From contig JAHFHZ010000004.1 of the NCBI GenBank assembly GCA_023246715.1, forward strand, positions 1-50,471: a stretch of 50,471 bases of DNA, in the 5' to 3' direction. This stretch comes from Candidatus Magasanikiibacteriota bacterium. GTDB taxonomy: Bacteria > Patescibacteriota > Patescibacteriia > Magasanikbacterales > GWA2-37-8. Position 1 is the first letter of the stretch. Every line of letters starts with the position of its first letter. Positions 49,668 through 50,471 of this stretch are shown here, in pieces. The translations under genes were made by a program, and so were the position numbers. Below the pieces are notes generated by a model, which saw only the letters and a list, made by a program, of their open reading frames with translations, was not told the origin of the DNA and searched no databases.

Positions 49668-50027
49668 ATGCGTATCGCTGCCAAGCGCACCTTGATTGGT
49701 GTTGCGATCATTCTGGGCCTTGTCGCTTGCGCCTGGGCCGCTCTGAAGAAGCCTGCCGCTGCGCTCCCCACCGAGGTGCGCTGGAGTGATGTGACCCTGC
49801 CACCCTCCACCACCACCTGCGCCAAATACAGGCTGTGGGAGGTTCCGCCCGTGGACCAGGCCGAGCAAGCCGCTGACCCGCGCACGGCCGAGAACCGCTT
49901 CTTTCAGCGCGGTTGCGATGCCCGCCGCGTCACAGATGCTCGAGGCCATCGGGTGTTTCGGCTGCCGGGCGACCCGCTCATCTGCTGCACCAAGAATCCG
50001 GCCCTGGCTGCCGGCCCCAACCCCTAA
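49668..50027 (+). CDS. GC-rich cassette: small exported/membrane-anchored Cys protein
   Basis: Promoter TTGACA-17-TACAAC (49517-49545); AAGGAGG SD; N-terminal hydrophobic segment. Confidence 0.72.
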   Translation: MRIAAKRTLIGVAIILGLVACAWAALKKPAAALPTEVRWSDVTLPPSTTTCAKYRLWEVPPVDQAEQAADPRTAENRFFQRGCDARRVTDARGHRVFRLPGDPLICCTKNPALAAGPNP

Positions 50028-50057
50028 CCCCTGCCGACCTCTCGCGTCGGCCCCATC

Positions 50058-50091
50058 AAAAACCACTCAACAAATTGTTGAGTGGTTTTTT
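50058..50091. terminator. Bidirectional intrinsic terminator
   Basis: AAAAACCACTCAACA..TGTTGAGTGGTTTTTT. Confidence 0.75.
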
Positions 50092-50102
50092 AGTCGCCAA
50101 GC

Positions 50103-50327
50103 TTATATTTTTGAAAAACGTTGTTGCGTGATCCCATTATATTCCACCATTCCAAAAAACTCTGTTTTGGGCCTGATGAAAATAACATCTTCTCCAAATT
50201 CTGGTATAGCGTAAAGTGGTTTATAAAGCACCCACTCTTCTACCGTTTCGTGATGTCTGGCCAGGCCCGTTACTTGGTAGGTTTTTCCGCTATAATGGCG
50301 ATACACGCCAAGCAGTGATTGGTCCAT
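50103..50327 (-). CDS. DUF1653 family protein
   Basis: GVYRHYSGKTYQV..ARHHET.E..VLYKPLY..FIRP..EF..V..QRF. Confidence 0.88.
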   Translation of the reverse strand: MDQSLLGVYRHYSGKTYQVTGLARHHETVEEWVLYKPLYAIPEFGEDVIFIRPKTEFFGMVEYNGITQQRFSKI

Positions 50328-50382
50328 AAAAAGCATCTTATTAAAGATAACAGAATCCGTTAGGATTCTGTATATCACATCG

Positions 50383-50466
50383 TGCGCGAAGAGAGAATCG
50401 AACTCTCATGGCCTTGCGGCCGCGGGATTTTGAGTCCCGTGCGTCTACCAGTTCCGCCATCCGGGC
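50383..50466 (-). tRNA. tRNA-Leu(CAA), CCA not encoded
   Basis: GCCCGGA-TGGCGGAACTGGTAGACGC, anticodon arm CGGGA-CTCAAAA-TCCCG, long variable arm, GAGAG-TTCGATT-CTCTC. Confidence 0.93.
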
Positions 50467-50471
50467 AGTTA

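Noticed and set aside
44100-50100. Prophage or integron explanation for the cassette cluster
   Set aside because: No phage structural genes, integrase or repeated attC-like sites seen; most genes have their own promoter.
1-50471. Alternative genetic code (UGA=Gly)
   Set aside because: All conserved genes are full length under code 11.

Overview
This is chromosomal DNA of a Patescibacteria (CPR, Parcubacteria/ABY1-like) bacterium. The assignment is inferred from the missing rpmD/L30 between rpsE and rplO, from housekeeping genes that start at T-ATG without a Shine-Dalgarno (SD), and from a giant ASST-repeat surface protein next to an O-antigen-ligase/TPR gene. The backbone carries the str-S10-spc ribosomal superoperon (rpsL..secY), adk, map, ruvX, recO, asnS, trpS, rlmH, tgt, pcrA, a CDF transporter, a TrmB regulator and tRNA-Leu(CAA). 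Scattered through it, including inside the ribosomal superoperon, are about 14 single-gene cassettes with different expression signals. They have very GC-rich codons and a strong AGGAG(G) SD, and most have their own TTGACA-type promoter whose -10 box usually lacks the conserved final T. Most stop with TAG/TGA followed by a C-rich tail. They encode mainly lipoproteins (some Tat-type), a probable outer-membrane beta-barrel, a desaturase/hydroxylase and a NifU-like protein. These products fit a GC-rich diderm host better than a CPR cell, so my main hypothesis is that these genes are formatted for expression by the host's machinery. The window also holds a small TIR-bounded MITE-like element that disrupts genes, dRS3/REP-like palindromes and two candidate structured ncRNAs. 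All calls are by eye; no database searches were run.
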